Source: an uncultured Candidatus Rokubacteria bacterium (GTDB lineage: Bacteria > Methylomirabilota > Methylomirabilia > Rokubacteriales > DASRDR01). Taken from it: 64,000 nucleotides of DNA. A program made the translations under genes and the position numbers. Numbering within the stretch: position 1 is the stretch's first letter; every line of letters begins with the position of its first letter. Shown in pieces: positions 62,559-64,000 of the stretch. The stretch covers positions 64,001-128,000 of the forward strand of contig CAWGVS010000010.1 in NCBI GenBank assembly GCA_963826115.1, given 5' to 3'. A model generated the notes under the pieces. It searched no databases, was not told the origin of the DNA, and saw nothing but the letters and a program-made list of their open reading frames with translations.

Positions 62559-64000
62559 ATGACCCTCGACGACCTGTTCCTCTTCGTGCAGCGTGGGATC
62601 GATCGGCTGATCCGGCGGCTCAGGCTCGGCGCCCCGCCGCCCGTGGGCCGGCGACGCCTCCTGGTGGTCCAGATCGACGGGCTGTCGCGTGCCGTGCTCG
62701 AGGCGGCCCTGGCTCGCGGGGACATGCCGGTCCTCCACGAGCTCCTCGGGCATCCAGCCGGACGGCCCCGCCGGGGCCGGCGCCCATCGCGACGGGGCCA
62801 CGGCAGTCACCGGCTCTGCTCGATGACGGTCGGCCTCCCGACGTCGACGCCGGCGTTCCAGATGGCGGCGATGTACGGCGTCCAGCCGGACATCCCGGGC
62901 TTCCACTATCACGACAAGCGGCGCGGGACCGACATCCACTTCCCCCACGCGGGTCACGCCGCCTTCGTCGAGGCGAGCCAGGCGGGCGGGCGGTCCGGCA
63001 TCCTCCGGGGCGGCAGCGTCTACGGATGCGCGTTCACGGGGGGCGCCGAGCACGACTTCTTCAGCTTCGCCCGGCTCACGCGGCCGCGCGCCCCCGGGCT
63101 CGTCCGCGTCCTGTCGGCGTTCGTGCTCGTCGGATGGGTGACGGCCAAGAGCGCGGCGCTCTCCGGCGCCGAGGTCGTCCGGACGCTGGGCGGTGTCGCG
63201 CGGCACCCCCGCCGGCGCGCCGACGCGTGGCGATGGCTGAAGAAGCGGATCGGCGTATCGGTGTGGACGCGCCAGTGGTTCACGTTCGCGGTGGCCCGCG
63301 ATGTCTACGACGGGGTGCCGGCCATCTACGTCAACTACCTCGACCACGACGAGGGGGCGCACGCCTTCGGCCCGCGGAGCGCGGCCGGGTTCGCGGGCCT
63401 CCGCGCGGTCGACCGCTCGCTCCGGCAGATCCGGCGCGCGCTCCGGCGCGTGCCCGAGCATCGCTACGACCTCTACATCCTCTCGGATCACGGCCAGGCC
63501 GCCTGCACCGCATACTCCACGCTGCGCGGCGGCCGGCGGTTCGAGCGGGCCTTCTTCGACGAGGTCCTGCCGGGCATCGGCGGGGCAGGCTCCCGGTCGA
63601 CGAGGCCGTGGCTGGCCGGCCCGCTCGCGTCCGGCGCCGCGGCCGGCCGCGGGCGGGCGATCGAGCTCGGCTTCGCGCCCTATCTCGACGTGCGCGAGTC
63701 GTGGGAGCAGGACGGCGTCCGCGTGGTCTCGGCCGGGCCGAACGCGTTCGTCTACTTCCTCGACGCGCCCGAGCCGCTCCTGCTCGACGCGATCGAGTCC
63801 CGCCGACCCGGATTGCCCGCCGTCCTCTCCAAGAGTCCCGGCGTCGGGTTCGTGCTCGCTCGATCGGCGGCCGGCCCCGTCTGCTTCTGGCGCGGCCTGA
63901 CCTATCGTCTCGGGGACCACGCCGGTCCGTTCGCCGACCGGGAGGACCGCGCGGTCCTGGTCCGGGACCTCTCGACCCTGATGGCGATGCCGAGCGCCGG
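62559..64000 (+). CDS. Alkaline phosphatase / nucleotide pyrophosphatase superfamily protein (3'-partial)
   Basis: LLVVQIDGLS, GLPTSTPAFQ (Thr/Ser nucleophile), YVNYLDHDEGAH, YDLYILSDHGQ. Open to the window end. Confidence 0.85.
   Translation, partial: MTLDDLFLFVQRGIDRLIRRLRLGAPPPVGRRRLLVVQIDGLSRAVLEAALARGDMPVLHELLGHPAGRPRRGRRPSRRGHGSHRLCSMTVGLPTSTPAFQMAAMYGVQPDIPGFHYHDKRRGTDIHFPHAGHAAFVEASQAGGRSGILRGGSVYGCAFTGGAEHDFFSFARLTRPRAPGLVRVLSAFVLVGWVTAKSAALSGAEVVRTLGGVARHPRRRADAWRWLKKRIGVSVWTRQWFTFAVARDVYDGVPAIYVNYLDHDEGAHAFGPRSAAGFAGLRAVDRSLRQIRRALRRVPEHRYDLYILSDHGQAACTAYSTLRGGRRFERAFFDEVLPGIGGAGSRSTRPWLAGPLASGAAAGRGRAIELGFAPYLDVRESWEQDGVRVVSAGPNAFVYFLDAPEPLLLDAIESRRPGLPAVLSKSPGVGFVLARSAAGPVCFWRGLTYRLGDHAGPFADREDRAVLVRDLSTLMAMPSA

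Noticed and set aside
62198-62562. ORFs between the 25-aa peptide and the phosphatase gene
   Set aside because: No clear RBS or recognisable domain, so I cannot choose a frame.
30-63920. Many very long alternative-frame and antisense ORFs (e.g. 30-4220, 8855-12232, 12394-16038, 33554-36148, 50260-53028)
   Set aside because: Arg/Pro/Gly/Ala-rich shadow ORFs expected at this GC content. They overlap genes with clear family motifs.

Overview
Very GC-rich bacterial DNA from a probable diderm (outer-membrane barrel, MlaC, lipoproteins, sigma54, plus a Pup ligase). A Methylomirabilota/Rokubacteria-like origin is only my guess. (1) 1-11.6 kb: a co-oriented heme/flavin oxidative cluster with a diheme c-type protein, GMC oxidoreductase, two conserved hypotheticals, DyP peroxidase, a catalase-related protein lacking the distal His, and an alpha-dioxygenase-like heme peroxidase lipoprotein. 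(2) 11.6-21 kb: membrane/TPR proteins, an AraC regulator with a methyltransferase, an AI-2E transporter and a VOC protein. (3) ~21-64 kb: a general-stress/desiccation-type island with lipid-remodelling genes, a gas-vesicle operon carrying an embedded two-component system, MscS, an orphan PafA, a ferritin-like protein, treY/glgX, an NtrC-family system, a nucleotidyltransferase/phosphoesterase pair, and DksA-like, DUF883, CsbD, BON, DUF3309 and several microprotein genes. The main hidden structure, read by eye, is about 19 sigma54 -24/-12 boxes and 12 copies of a 32-bp tandem-palindromic motif (CGACA-N3-TGTCG-N6-CGACA-N3-TGTCG) in the island's intergenic regions. The motif often lies at helically phased distances from the boxes, and about 8 promoters appear to give leaderless mRNAs. 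This looks like a self-contained sigma54/bEBP-driven general stress regulon. I saw no rRNA, tRNA, CRISPR array or mobile element.
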